Counted from the stretch's first letter, positions 1 through 10,583 are shown. The stretch: DNA of 64,000 bases from Candidatus Bathyarchaeota archaeon (GCA_963726255.1 CAVSBL010000002.1:1664001-1728000), one strand, 5' to 3'. The notes: generated by a model from the sequence alone, not told the origin. Made by a program: numbers and translations.

Positions 1-1
1 G

Positions 2-1126
2 GTCGGTTTAATCACCCCGCTAAGCGGGATCTACGCTCCTGACGGGATGCAAGTTCAACAGGGTGCCCAAGTTGCCGCCGATGAGCTCAACGCGGCTGGC
101 GGAATCATGGGCCGACCAGTCCAAATCTTCGCACAAGACGAAGGCGCCAAGACCTCGGACACAGTTAACGCAGCACAAATTCTCGTCAACCAACAACAGG
201 TCAACTTCATGATGGGGCCGTACTTCAGTGGAGACGTGAGAGCAGTGCTACCAATAACAACCAGCGCCAAAATGGTCCAGATACTCACCGTATCAAGCCT
301 AGACGCGTTAATGGTGCCACCTGAGAATCAATACCTATTCCGAGTGACACTACCCGACAGCGGCTACGCGGTGATGGCTCTTGCCTGGCTGAACATGATA
401 CATGCAAAGTCGTTTGTCTACGAAGCGGAAGACTACGGATACGCACACGAAATCGGAGGCTTCCTCACTAACCAGAGCGCCAGCGCAGGCATGACAATGC
501 TTTCAGCGGATTACTTCCCAGACACAGCCACCGATTACTCATCAGCGCTAAACAAGATTGCAACACTCAAACCAGACGGCGTTGTAGTCGTCATGGAAGG
601 AACTAACGGCATTGACTTCCAGAAGCAATACGGAGCGAACCCAGCGGTCAACAAGATAGCCATCTTCCACCTCGAAACGTTGCTGATATTGCCGACAAAT
701 GCGCAAAGCATCAACACAGCCGTCCCCAACGGAGTCAACGATGTCTTCGTTGGACCAATCAGCACAATAACCAGTCAGACAGCCGCCTTTATGCAAACCT
801 TCCAGCAGAAATACGGCATAGGTGCGAGCCACTACGCCATGGACGGTTATGATGGAGTAATGATACTCGCGAACGCCGTTACCAAGGCGGGCAGCACCGA
901 CTCTGACGCGGTAGCAAATGCGTTAACATCAACTGACTATACAGGTCCAGGCGGACACGTTGTATTCCTAGGCAACCACAACCCGACTGTCGGTCCAGGA
1001 TACTTGACCGGCACGATTTACCAGATCACAGTGACGGGCAGCGATATTCACTACAACATTGTTTGGCCATCAAATGTAGCAAATGCTACTGCAGTGAACC
1101 CGGCGACTGGACAACCTTACAGCTGA
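2..1126 (+). CDS. livK: Branched-chain amino acid ABC transporter substrate-binding protein (5' end outside window)
   Basis: Frame is open from base 2 (VGLITPLSGIYAPDGM...). LivK-type motifs INAAGG-like 'LNAAGGIMGRPV' and 'YDGVMILANA..KAGSTD'. First gene of a liv-like cluster. Confidence 0.85.
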   Translation, partial: VGLITPLSGIYAPDGMQVQQGAQVAADELNAAGGIMGRPVQIFAQDEGAKTSDTVNAAQILVNQQQVNFMMGPYFSGDVRAVLPITTSAKMVQILTVSSLDALMVPPENQYLFRVTLPDSGYAVMALAWLNMIHAKSFVYEAEDYGYAHEIGGFLTNQSASAGMTMLSADYFPDTATDYSSALNKIATLKPDGVVVVMEGTNGIDFQKQYGANPAVNKIAIFHLETLLILPTNAQSINTAVPNGVNDVFVGPISTITSQTAAFMQTFQQKYGIGASHYAMDGYDGVMILANAVTKAGSTDSDAVANALTSTDYTGPGGHVVFLGNHNPTVGPGYLTGTIYQITVTGSDIHYNIVWPSNVANATAVNPATGQPYS

Positions 1127-1185
1127 CAGCGAACAACAGCACATATAGCTACCTTCCTCCTTCCCTTTTTTCTTGCGTGTACCAA

Positions 1186-2085
1186 GTGTCAGCTTCACCC
1201 CTGCTAGGACTCTACCTTTCGCTCATTTCCGGAATAAGCTACGGCCTCATAATCAGTCTACTAGCCGGCGGGCTATCGCTGATCTATGGGGTCATGAACA
1301 ACGTTAACACCTCACACGGCGCCTTCTACATGATGGGCGGCTTCCTAACTTTCTTCGCTGTAAGCAGCCTCCATCTCCCAATCGTTGTTAGCGTTGTATT
1401 CGCGTTTACAGCTGCTTTCGTCATCGGCTTAGTTTTTCTCTACGTTTTGATCCCGAAGAAGATGTGGGTGTCAAGCGACCCTGACTCACAGAACACCGTG
1501 ATGATCCTGTTCCTTGCACTGGCACAGGTGCTCCAGCAAGGAGCTTTCATAGTCTACGGAGGAGGATCTCTTGCCATTCCAAGAATAGCCTTCGGAAACG
1601 TTCTCGCCCCTGGCGGCGTATTCATATCGTATCAGACCCTAATCTCAATCGCCATCTCTTTGCTCTGTTATGTGGGGCTATTCCTTTTCCTGCGCGATAC
1701 CAAGATCGGAAAGGCAATCCGAGCTTTCTCTCAGGACAGGGAATTGGCTGAATCCATGGGCGTTCGAGTAAGCACAATAGCATTGATGTCGTTCGGGCTT
1801 GGCGTATCCCTAGCCGCATTGAGCGGCTCGCTTCTATCTTCAATTTACAGCATTACTGCGTCGACTGGATGGAATGAGTTGGTGATAGCTTTCGTAATCG
1901 TCACTTTTGGTGGAATTGGAAGTATATCGGGCAGTTTCCTTGGCGGGTTAGTCTATGGCATAATTTACTCGATTACGCAGTTCTTCTTTCCAGCATATTC
2001 GTTCATCATAGCCCTCGTTCTCATTTACGTCGTACTAGTCAACAAACCGACCGGCATACTCGGCGAGATCATTGAAAGAGCTTGA
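1186..2085 (+). CDS. livH: Branched-chain amino acid ABC transporter permease
   Basis: Motifs 'GLSLIYGVMNNVNTSHGAFYMMGG' and 'TKIGKAIRA', hydrophobic. Start GTG 1186 (or 1177) preferred to 1063, which overlaps livK. Confidence 0.85.
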   Translation: MSASPLLGLYLSLISGISYGLIISLLAGGLSLIYGVMNNVNTSHGAFYMMGGFLTFFAVSSLHLPIVVSVVFAFTAAFVIGLVFLYVLIPKKMWVSSDPDSQNTVMILFLALAQVLQQGAFIVYGGGSLAIPRIAFGNVLAPGGVFISYQTLISIAISLLCYVGLFLFLRDTKIGKAIRAFSQDRELAESMGVRVSTIALMSFGLGVSLAALSGSLLSSIYSITASTGWNELVIAFVIVTFGGIGSISGSFLGGLVYGIIYSITQFFFPAYSFIIALVLIYVVLVNKPTGILGEIIERA

Positions 2086-3046
2086 GTCTGCCGACTTTAG
2101 GTCGGTGTTCAACGGCATCAAACTAAAGGATGTTAATCTTGTAATACTTCTCGTAGCGCTAGTCCCTAGCATTCTAATTCCTTTCACAGGCCTCCGATAT
2201 TTGCAATTCATTATGATGTACTTCTTTGCCTACGCTATCTACACGGCCAGCTGGGACCTTCTCTACAGCTACTCAGGCCAGCTCAGCTTGGGCCAGGCGC
2301 TACCTTTCGGTTTAGGCGCCTTCTTCACACTCATGCTCACCCAAGTGGTTAAACTACCCCTGATACCGTCTGCGGTACTGGGCGCCTTGGGGGCAGCAGC
2401 AGTTGGAGGGGGCATCGGTGCCACCACAATCAGGCTCAAACCAGGGTACCAAGGCATAGCCATACTCCTCTTCTCGCAAGTACTCTACTGGCTTATGCTG
2501 ATAATATACGGCGAAGAAGGGCTGTCGATCTCCAGCGCCACGCCGCTTAGCCAGACAACGATGTACGTTTCGGGCATCGTCATTTTCGGGCTCGGGATGT
2601 TCGCAGTGTATTTGATTCAGAATTCCAACTACAAGCTGAAACTCTTGGCAATTAAGGGAGACAATTTAGCAGCGAATGTGTGCGGTATCAACGTTCCACT
2701 TCACAAAGTAATCGTTCTTTTCTTAAGTTCCCTTTTTGCAGGAATAGCTGGAGCCTACTATGGCATTTTCACTTCGCACGCCGATTTCACAGTGTTCGCA
2801 GTTCCAAACTCTTTCCTGCCAATCGGTATGGCAATCGTTGGAGGTGTGGGTTTCCTAGGAGGACCGATAATCGGTAGCGCGATCATAACTGTACTCATCA
2901 ATATTCTTCCAATTTGGTATTCGTTGGCCATAACCTACTTCGTATACGGAATCGTGGTCATTGCAATCCTGAGATTACGGCCTACAGGTATACTTGGGTT
3001 GTTCCAGCGGAAGATGCAGAGGAGCCCTGCAGTTGCTAAGAGTTGA
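2072..3046 (+). CDS. livM: Branched-chain amino acid ABC transporter permease
   Basis: Motifs 'SWDLLYSYSGQLSLGQ' and 'IVGGVGFLGGPIIGS', multiple TM segments. Confidence 0.85.
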   Translation: MKELESADFRSVFNGIKLKDVNLVILLVALVPSILIPFTGLRYLQFIMMYFFAYAIYTASWDLLYSYSGQLSLGQALPFGLGAFFTLMLTQVVKLPLIPSAVLGALGAAAVGGGIGATTIRLKPGYQGIAILLFSQVLYWLMLIIYGEEGLSISSATPLSQTTMYVSGIVIFGLGMFAVYLIQNSNYKLKLLAIKGDNLAANVCGINVPLHKVIVLFLSSLFAGIAGAYYGIFTSHADFTVFAVPNSFLPIGMAIVGGVGFLGGPIIGSAIITVLINILPIWYSLAITYFVYGIVVIAILRLRPTGILGLFQRKMQRSPAVAKS

Positions 3047-3725
3047 ATCAATAGAAAAAAAGTTCGGCGGGCTGACAGCGTTAAACAAAGTCAGCGTGCA
3101 TGTCGAGAAAGGCAAAATATACGGTTTAATCGGACCAAACGGTTCAGGGAAGACGACGCTTCTCAACCTAGTAACAGGCGTCCTTAGACCGAACGCGGGC
3201 AAAGTTTACCTAAACGATACCGATGTAACGGGAAAATCGCCCCACTCAATAACTAAGCTGGGTTTGGGAAGAACATTTCAGATTCCGAGAGTCTTCTCAG
3301 AACTGACCGTGGAAGAGAATATTCTAGCCGTTAGACGAAACTCCATCTCAAAAGCTCGAATAGGAGAAATATTGGACCTCGTTGACCTCAACGAGTTACG
3401 GGATGAAAAGGCGAAAACGCTAGGATACGGGCAAAGGAAACACCTGGAGTTGGCGAGGGCCATCGCCTTGGACACAGAACTGCTATTTCTAGATGAACCG
3501 ATGGCCGGGTTGGATAAGTCGATGATTGGGGCAATTTCAAAGCAAATCAGGATCCTGAACAAGCAAATGGGGAAAACGCTAGTAATAATCGAGCACAACC
3601 TCGAGGAATTGATGCAACTCACTGATTATGTATTCGTTCTTGACCACGGCCAAAAGATCGAGGAAGGCGAACCAGACACAATCAGGAGTAGTAAGATTGT
3701 ACACCACGCCTACTTCGGAGAGTGA
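3033..3725 (+). CDS. livG: ABC transporter ATP-binding protein
   Basis: Walker A GPNGSGKT, 'GLGRTFQ', LLFLDEP. TTG start 3033 after GAGGA. Confidence 0.9.
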   Translation: MLRVESIEKKFGGLTALNKVSVHVEKGKIYGLIGPNGSGKTTLLNLVTGVLRPNAGKVYLNDTDVTGKSPHSITKLGLGRTFQIPRVFSELTVEENILAVRRNSISKARIGEILDLVDLNELRDEKAKTLGYGQRKHLELARAIALDTELLFLDEPMAGLDKSMIGAISKQIRILNKQMGKTLVIIEHNLEELMQLTDYVFVLDHGQKIEEGEPDTIRSSKIVHHAYFGE

Positions 3726-4429
3726 TACTGCTGCTCAAAGTTGAGAATATTCACGCGGGCTATTCAGGCTCCGAAGTCCTGCACTCCATCAACCTTGAAG
3801 CGCGAGATGAAGAGATCACCATTCTGATAGGTCCTAACGGAGCAGGGAAGTCTACGCTGCTCAAAACGATTATAGGATTGGTTACACCAACCGCTGGAAA
3901 ACTCCACGCGGAGGGAAAGGAGATCACTCACGCAAGCACTGCGGAGATCATCAAACTCGGAATATCATACTCGCCACAAGGAGCAACACTCTTCCCAAGC
4001 ATGACGGTGAAAGAAAATCTTGAGATGGGACACTACACCCTCTCAGACAAGGAATCGTTGAAATCGAAACTCAACGAAGTAGGCGAAACCTTTCCTATTC
4101 TCAAAGCCAGGATGAAACAGAAAGCAGGTCTCCTAAGCGGCGGCGAAAGACAAATGTTGGCGATCGGAAGAGCGCTGATTTCCTCACCCAAACTAATTCT
4201 TCTTGACGAACCGTCATCCGGACTAGATGTAGGTAAGCAAGCGGTCATATTCGAAAAACTAGTGGAACTGAACAAAAGTGGAATAGCAATTCTCTTGGTA
4301 GAACAAAATGTGGAAAAAGCACTCAAGATTGCGGACCAAGCCTACCTCATGTCTAGTGGACACATGAAATTCAGCGGCGAGCCCGCACAATTGACAGAAA
4401 CGGTTCTGTCCAGCGTATTCGGTCAATGA
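3722..4429 (+). CDS. livF: ABC transporter ATP-binding protein
   Basis: GPNGAGKS, LSGGERQMLAIGRAL, ILLVEQN. Confidence 0.9.
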   Translation: MILLLKVENIHAGYSGSEVLHSINLEARDEEITILIGPNGAGKSTLLKTIIGLVTPTAGKLHAEGKEITHASTAEIIKLGISYSPQGATLFPSMTVKENLEMGHYTLSDKESLKSKLNEVGETFPILKARMKQKAGLLSGGERQMLAIGRALISSPKLILLDEPSSGLDVGKQAVIFEKLVELNKSGIAILLVEQNVEKALKIADQAYLMSSGHMKFSGEPAQLTETVLSSVFGQ

Positions 4430-4465
4430 TTCGCAGAAAATTCACAACTCGAACCCTCAGGCCAA

Positions 4466-5641
4466 TCAGAGGCCAGCGAAAGCCGCGGCCGCCTTCTGGT
4501 CTTTCAAGCCATGGCCCGTAATTACACAGACCACCGTCTCCCGAGGCGTCAGTAAGCGAGCTTTCCTAGCCTTCAGGAGTCCAGCGACGGACGCTGCGCT
4601 TGCGGGTTCCGCGAAAATTCCTTCGTGGTTAGCGAGTAAACGTTGTGCGGCAGTTATTTCTTCGTCTGAGGCTTTGATTATAGCTCCTCGGGATTCTCTA
4701 ACCGCTCTCAGAGCTTTCTTCCAGCTTGCGGGAGCCCCAATTCTTATTGCACTTGCGATGGTCTCGGGATTGGGCCAAGGAATAACCTTCTGTCGATTCT
4801 TGGCGTAAGCGTCTGCTAACGGTGCAGCACCGGATGCTTGCACCCCTATCATTCGTGGAACCCGTGCCGTTAATCTTGTGCGCTTTAGCTCTTGGAAACC
4901 CTTCCAGATGGCACTGATGTTTCCAGCGTTCCCCACGGGCACGATAACGACATCCGGTATCCTTCGTCCCAGTTGCTCCCAAACCTCAAAGGCCAGTGTC
5001 TTTTGCCCTTCCAGCCGGTAGGGGTTTAAGGAGTTCACCAAATAGAGCCCTCTTCGGCCTGAAGTCATCTTCCTTGCTCGTTCAAGCGCCTTATCGAAAT
5101 TCCCTTCAACCTGACATATCTTCGAACCATGAACCATCGCTTGGAGAAGTTTGCCCATTGCGATCTTACCCTTTGGAATGAGCACAATCGCCTTCAGACC
5201 AGCTTTAGCAGCGTAAGCAGCCATGGATGCTGACGTGTTGCCGGTTGAAGCGCAGAGAACGGTATCGGCCCCTATCTCGACAGCCCTACTTATCGCAACG
5301 GTCATTCCTCTGTCTTTGAACGAGCCCGTTGGGTTTTGGCCATCGTTTTTGAAGTAGACTTCGGACATGCGTAGGCTTCTGGCCAATCTTTCTGATTTTG
5401 ATAATCCTGTTCCGCCTTCGGCGATACTGATTGCATTTGCCAAGCTGACCGGAAGAATTCTGTGGTACCGCCAGACTGAGAGGGGGCCCGGAGAGTGTAG
5501 GGATTCACGGAATTTTCTGCTCAATGAGTCGTAATTATAGACGATGTGGAGCAGGTCTCCGCATGCTGGGCATGCATAGATTGGGATTTGGGCTGGGTTG
5601 AATATCCTTGAGCAGCCGATGCATTGAAGGCGATGCTTCAT
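4466..5641 (-). CDS. thrC: Threonine synthase
   Basis: PLP lysine motif NPTGSFKDRG, CASTGNTSAS, PVGNAGN, TGHGLKD. N-terminal Zn-ribbon cysteines. Confidence 0.93.
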   Translation of the reverse strand: MKHRLQCIGCSRIFNPAQIPIYACPACGDLLHIVYNYDSLSRKFRESLHSPGPLSVWRYHRILPVSLANAISIAEGGTGLSKSERLARSLRMSEVYFKNDGQNPTGSFKDRGMTVAISRAVEIGADTVLCASTGNTSASMAAYAAKAGLKAIVLIPKGKIAMGKLLQAMVHGSKICQVEGNFDKALERARKMTSGRRGLYLVNSLNPYRLEGQKTLAFEVWEQLGRRIPDVVIVPVGNAGNISAIWKGFQELKRTRLTARVPRMIGVQASGAAPLADAYAKNRQKVIPWPNPETIASAIRIGAPASWKKALRAVRESRGAIIKASDEEITAAQRLLANHEGIFAEPASAASVAGLLKARKARLLTPRETVVCVITGHGLKDQKAAAAFAGL

Positions 5642-6664
5642 GTGCGCGCCTTCGCTGTCGATTTCAGAGTTGCGCCTTTGACTGAAGGCTTCGTTATGAA
5701 TACCTCTTCAACATTGTGTCCGAGCGAGTGCAGCCGTGTGGAAACTTGCTCGATCGCGCCATCGATAAGGCTACCCTTTCTCTTTCTGAGTGACTTGTTG
5801 TTCTCAGATAGACTGTACCAGAGCGCGCGCGACGGCCCCGCTCCACTGATCGTTTCCGCGACATGGAATTCTTTCAGCAGTATCTCTTTCTCTTCACGCA
5901 GGAACTTTGAGTCCACTCCTCTTCCGTAGGACCCAGCCTCGGCGCGAGTTGGTTCGACAAAGCTGTCCCATGGGAGTGTCTGTATGATTGTTCTGATATC
6001 AGATTTGGCGAAGGCCGCGGAGATTCTTGCTACATAACCCATGTTTCTCACATACTGCTCTCTTGAGACTGTCTCGGGCAACACTTGCCTCGTTGCTTCG
6101 GTAGACGCCTTCTCTATGTTGGGCACAACCACTGCAACCCCCAAGTCCGATGGCGGGCGAAGCGTCATTATCTGGGGTTCTTTGGTCAGTGGATTCCGGA
6201 ATATGATGTTGAATCCTCCGAGAGCTGAAGCAGCTACATTGTCCATGTGATGTGATGGCTCCGCAGGCCGCGGCCAGATGGACCACAGCCTGCATGTCTA
6301 GTCCGAGAGTGAAAAGGCGATTTGCGCAAAGGACCGCGCCCACCGCTTCAGCCCCTGAGAGGCCCAAGCCCTTGCGGGGCGGAATCCCGACATTGACTTC
6401 AAGCACACATGCCTCTGGTACCCCAAACTGCTGGTTGAGGACTTTCAGAGCTCTTGCCCCCGCGTGCAATGCCGGGTCTGTGGTTACAATCCTTGCATAT
6501 GGACCTGTAACGCGGACTAACCCTAACCCCGAATTGGACTCCGACAACGTAACCTCTATCGTAGGCTTCTGCAGCGAGATGGAATGGACATCGAAACCAG
6601 GGCCGAGGTTGGCCACGGAGGCCGGAACCTTCGCTGTCACCGGCCCGTGAACATAATGCCGCAT
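5638..6664 (-). pseudogene. thrB: Homoserine kinase with one frameshift near 6265-6297 (possibly a sequencing error)
   Basis: The N-terminal frame has PASVANLGPGFD and the GHMP motif PPRKGLGLSGA. A second frame continues AEPSHHMDNVAAS...ISGAGPS. Adjacent to thrC. Confidence 0.85.
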
Positions 6665-6786
6665 CGCTAATCGTCCTCAAACAGAAAACTTGCTTGAGTC
6701 ACTTTTGATTGCGTCACTTTTCTGACTTTCTTACTCTCCTGCTGACGAACTCCTTGAAGACCTCGCTTATCCACTTACCAGTAGAA

Positions 6787-6957
<171 letters not shown>

Positions 6958-7038
6958 ATAAGCCATGGCTTTACCCCGCACGGTAACTCACGGTAGGCCT
7001 AAGACGACATAAAGCTAATGCCAGAAATTACGGTTGAG

Positions 7039-7419
7039 TCAGCCCTTGAGCTGTCTCTTCGAGCTCCAGAATGTTATCCCGCCCATCAGCAACGCGAGAA
7101 TTACAACTACAAATCCGTTGGCCTCATGTGAGAGAGCTAGGTTGTCGGCCCCGTTGAACAGTTGATAGCCGAGACCTGCTTGCGCTAGAACTACGATAGT
7201 AAGAATGATGATCGTGAGCTTCGAATACAAAGTCGCAGCCTTCGCCCGGAAAGCAATGACAGCGAGTGCAATTACCAAGACTAAACCGGCAATTCCAAGC
7301 AGAATGTGAATTCCAACGAGCGCATCCATGCCGCCAGCCACAACAAAACCCAAGATAAGCTGAATTACCGCGCCGACCAAAACAATCGTCCCAAGGATTG
7401 GAACAGGCTTCAAAGCCAA
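7039..7419 (-). CDS. Hypothetical membrane protein, 4 TM, with two intramembrane His
   Basis: Four hydrophobic segments, His in 'GIHILLG' and 'LSHEANG'. TTTAAG-type TATA about 35 nt upstream. Confidence 0.7.
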   Translation of the reverse strand: MALKPVPILGTIVLVGAVIQLILGFVVAGGMDALVGIHILLGIAGLVLVIALAVIAFRAKAATLYSKLTIIILTIVVLAQAGLGYQLFNGADNLALSHEANGFVVVILALLMGGITFWSSKRQLKG

Positions 7420-7594
7420 TCCCTCACAGAGCTCGAGCGCGGCGTCTACATCTTTAAGCTTGGCGGCTAGACAATCAAATTGCGAGCGCTAAAATCCGTT
7501 AGCGGCATGCTGGCTCACACTCTTCAATTCACAAACGTGTTACGTCGTCCCACCCCGTAAACCATTAATATTCATAGAACTGCAAACCGCTGCA

Positions 7595-7661
7595 GGGAGA
7601 GTCTGCTACCTCTTCTCTCCGGGATGGAGAGCAATTGAAGGCTTTATGGCAGTGCTCTCCC
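7595..7661 (+). ncRNA. Candidate structured small RNA (long imperfect hairpin)
   Basis: GGGAGAG/CTCTCCC, CTGCTA/TGGCAG and CTCTCC/GGAGAG pairings. Starts about 25 nt after the TATA-like AAACCATTAATA. No credible ORF. Confidence 0.35.
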
Positions 7662-7823
7662 GAGAAACTTCGTTGCTAAAATCGACTCTGCATCCGATGC
7701 ACTCGGTCCGTATTGGTTGAAATGTAGCCTATTCGCGGGCCAGATGATGTCATTTCAGCTTGCATAATGGCTCCATTCCAATGGCTCCGCTATGCAATCA
7801 CCATAGAGAAGCACACGCCAGGT

Positions 7824-8093
7824 CTATGCCCAGGTGTAGAAAACGCGCCGAGCCGGGTAGTAAACTGGGGCGTAGTATGCGGGGTAGTATCCAGGGTAGC
7901 CTGCGTAGGCTGGGTATGGATACCAGTACCAAGGCCTCATGGTGTATGCGGCAGCTGCGCCGAATCCCAAACCTGCGATGGCTCCCACGCCTAAACCTAT
8001 GCCTGCGCCTGTCAAACCAGCCGCTGTGTAACCTACCGCTCCGCCTGCTGCGGCTCCAAGCAACGCTGCGCCTGCGAGAAGGAATAGTACCAA
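7824..8093 (-). CDS. Small glycine-zipper membrane protein with Tyr/Pro-rich tail
   Basis: Repeated GxxxG/AxxxG segments followed by PWYWYPYPAYAGYPGYYPAYY. TATA-like TATAT upstream. Confidence 0.7.
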   Translation of the reverse strand: MVLFLLAGAALLGAAAGGAVGYTAAGLTGAGIGLGVGAIAGLGFGAAAAYTMRPWYWYPYPAYAGYPGYYPAYYAPVYYPARRVFYTWA

Positions 8094-8201
8094 CTCTAAT
8101 CCCTATAGATTCGTTGCGCTACGCGCATATAGCGTTTTACTAAAACACCGAGTGAACCTGACGAAAAGGCGGGAAATGATAGGAATACGTGAGGGGTTTG
8201 A

Positions 8202-8591
8202 TCACGCGAAGGGTCCTACGCCTTCGGTGATCTTGATGGCTTGCACTGGGCATTGGATTTCGCATGCCCGGCAGAAGATACAGTCCCGCTCTCGGACCGG
8301 GTCGGCCTTCCAGCGGTCTAGCAGCGTTTTGCCGCTGTCGTTCGGAGTCTGCTTGTCAATCTTCTCTTGCTCAGCAGGAAAGTCCATTTTGTCGAAGACG
8401 TTTACTGGACAGACTGAGATGCAGATGCCGTCGGCGATGCAAATGTCGAAGTCAACCGCGACAGCGACGCCGTGCACACCGTACTCTTTGCTTACGCCCT
8501 CTTTCCACCGTACTTCATGGCCTTCGTGATCTTCCTTCTTAGGCCATTCATTTGGGAAGGAGGCGTCGTCAATTATGCGCCTTTCAGTCAT
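8202..8591 (-). CDS. zfx: Zinc-containing (7Fe) ferredoxin
   Basis: CIADGICISVCP and CIFCRACEIQCP cluster motifs. Zn ligands HEGH, 'VHG' and 'KADP' as in the Sulfolobus/Thermoplasma Zfx family. Confidence 0.85.
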   Translation of the reverse strand: MTERRIIDDASFPNEWPKKEDHEGHEVRWKEGVSKEYGVHGVAVAVDFDICIADGICISVCPVNVFDKMDFPAEQEKIDKQTPNDSGKTLLDRWKADPVRERDCIFCRACEIQCPVQAIKITEGVGPFA

Positions 8592-8773
8592 CGATTACAC
8601 CATTCGCGTTGCGGGAAGGTTAGGATGAATTAAGAAGATTTGCGTGTCACAACCGAACCTGACAATAGCCCCCCCGTGAAAGCCCCTCCCTCTGAAAACA
8701 CTCCTTAATGACTTCAACTGGACCCCTCTCTTTCCTGAGTTCGACGTCTGTCGACTGCTTCAACCTTCCGAAT

Positions 8774-8950
8774 TCACCTAATGCACGCAAACTTCGAAAG
8801 GCAACTGGGACAGACGCAATCTTTCGCTTGCGTCTTCAGCTTCGCCAACGCCGCCTCGCTCAAGGATAGATCGGTGCACCAACATTCTGCGCCACCCATT
8901 CCACATGGGAAGACGACCCCGCAAATCTCACATTGAAGAGTTCGGGGCAT
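8774..8950 (-). CDS. Cysteine-rich CWC family small protein
   Basis: CEICGVVFPCG...CWC...CVCPSCL pattern. ATG 8950 after an AGTGAG RBS-like sequence. Confidence 0.8.
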   Translation of the reverse strand: MPRTLQCEICGVVFPCGMGGAECWCTDLSLSEAALAKLKTQAKDCVCPSCLSKFACIR

Positions 8951-9039
8951 GGTGCTCACTTCTAGAAGGATTGATGTGCAATATTTCAAGTAGTCCCATC
9001 GGATATGGCGGCTCAGAGATTGGATTGGGTGATACGATT

Positions 9040-9657
9040 CTGAGAATTGTCTCATTTCTACCCAGCGCTACAGAAATCGTGTATGCGCTCGGGCTTGGAG
9101 GCGAACTCGTTGGAGTGTCGCATGAATGCGATTTCCCTAGTGAGGCGAAGGAAAAACCCAAGATGATTGAACCTGCATTTGATACTAGGCAGCTGGAAAG
9201 CGAGAGAATCGACCAACTGGTAATTGACTATACGAAGCGCGGAGAGCGATTGTACAGAATACGACTAGACGAATTCAGACAAGCGAAATCAGACCTAGTC
9301 ATCACGCAGGAACTATGTGACGTGTGCGCAATTGGAACGGAAGACGTCCTGGCCGCAGTGAACCAGCTTGAGAAACCAGTGAAAGTTGTCTCACTCAACC
9401 CGCACTCACTGAGCGATGTGGAAGACGACATCAGGAGCGTAGCGAGAGCCGCTGGTCGCCCTGAAAGGGCTCAGCAACTAATCGCTGAGCTCAGAACGAA
9501 AACAGGGACGATTGGAAAATTGACTGAGAAGGCTCAGAAGCGCCGGGTCTTTTGCGTTGAATGGTTAAAACCTATCATGAATGCAGGACATTGGGTTCCT
9601 GAGATGGTCGAATACGCCGGGGGATTCGACAAGCTTGCCGAGCGCTTACTGACTTAA
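9040..9657 (+). pseudogene. BtuF-like cobalamin/iron ABC substrate-binding protein, C-terminally truncated
   Basis: (M)RIVSFLPSATEIV, GVSHECD, ITQELCDVCA, EWLKP..AGHWVPEM. Stops at about 205 aa whereas the family is about 300 aa. Likely CTG start behind GGTGA. Confidence 0.7.
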
Positions 9658-9842
9658 AGTCCACGGTCGGGTGGGCGTTCGAGCGGCTGAGGTTCACGCT
9701 CGATCGGATGCCATGGAATAGTCAAAGAGGGTTCGAAACGTATTGAACCGTAGGCGAATGTTGCTTTCATTCTTTCTGCACCTAGCGTAACTATGTGAGC
9801 CTTGCTCCATAATGACTGGTAAACGGTGAACCTGGTCAGAAC

Positions 9843-10442
9843 TTAATTGGCGACCGGGGCCGGGTTTGTAGGCTGCACCATTTCTTCGGCAATTTTCGTT
9901 ATGTGGTCGAAGAGTTGGTAGGCCGCAGCGATCTGTTCCGATTCACTCTGCTTCGTGTACGAATCAGCGCCTATGGTTATCTTGCCGCCGCCGATTCTGG
10001 CCTGAAGTTGCATTCGGCCGTCTTCGCTGATCCAACTCATGGAAAGCTGGTTGCCATCGTGCGAGTAGCCGAGCCAACGGAAGTTACTGAACCACCTGCC
10101 CCTAAGCTTCTGGAACAGAACGGTTACGTCAACTTGACTGGGCAAGTATGCGTCGATTATGGGTTTAGCTAACGCTTGGTTAGTTTGAACTGCAAATGAG
10201 TAGGCGTTTCCCGTTCCCTTAAGTTTGTATCCTTCCGGAGACCGCTCGATCACGCGTGCTTCTTCTAGGCGCTTGAGAGTGCGCGTGAGGGTTTCCTGGT
10301 GCAAGCCCAATCTTCTTCTCAGGCCTTGAAATGAGAAGTGGGCATTCTGCTCACTTACCAGTAGCTTCAAGACCTCGCGCTCACGTTCGTCGAGGTCGAA
10401 TTCTTCAAAGTCCGGATTCAACTCGATACTTGGCGCTAACAA
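9843..10442 (-). CDS. Winged-helix DNA-binding protein with C-terminal domain
   Basis: wHTH-like 'FSFQGLRRRLGLHQETLTRTLKRLEE...GYKL'. Confidence 0.75.
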   Translation of the reverse strand: MLAPSIELNPDFEEFDLDEREREVLKLLVSEQNAHFSFQGLRRRLGLHQETLTRTLKRLEEARVIERSPEGYKLKGTGNAYSFAVQTNQALAKPIIDAYLPSQVDVTVLFQKLRGRWFSNFRWLGYSHDGNQLSMSWISEDGRMQLQARIGGGKITIGADSYTKQSESEQIAAAYQLFDHITKIAEEMVQPTNPAPVAN

Positions 10443-10583
10443 GGTTGACCGTCGTAGTTCGCAGACCGCCTTATATTGACTAGTTCCAACTGTTGAGTAA
10501 ATCGATTAACTTTTAAGTAAATTCCATGCATACGGTACGATTCGAGGCTAGCTAGCTCGAAACGTTTCGAGGTGAAGCGTAAG

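Noticed and set aside
8620-8665. C/D box sRNA (AGGATGA...CTGA)
   Set aside because: Too short, no clear C'/D' boxes, and it coincides with the ferredoxin promoter on the other strand.
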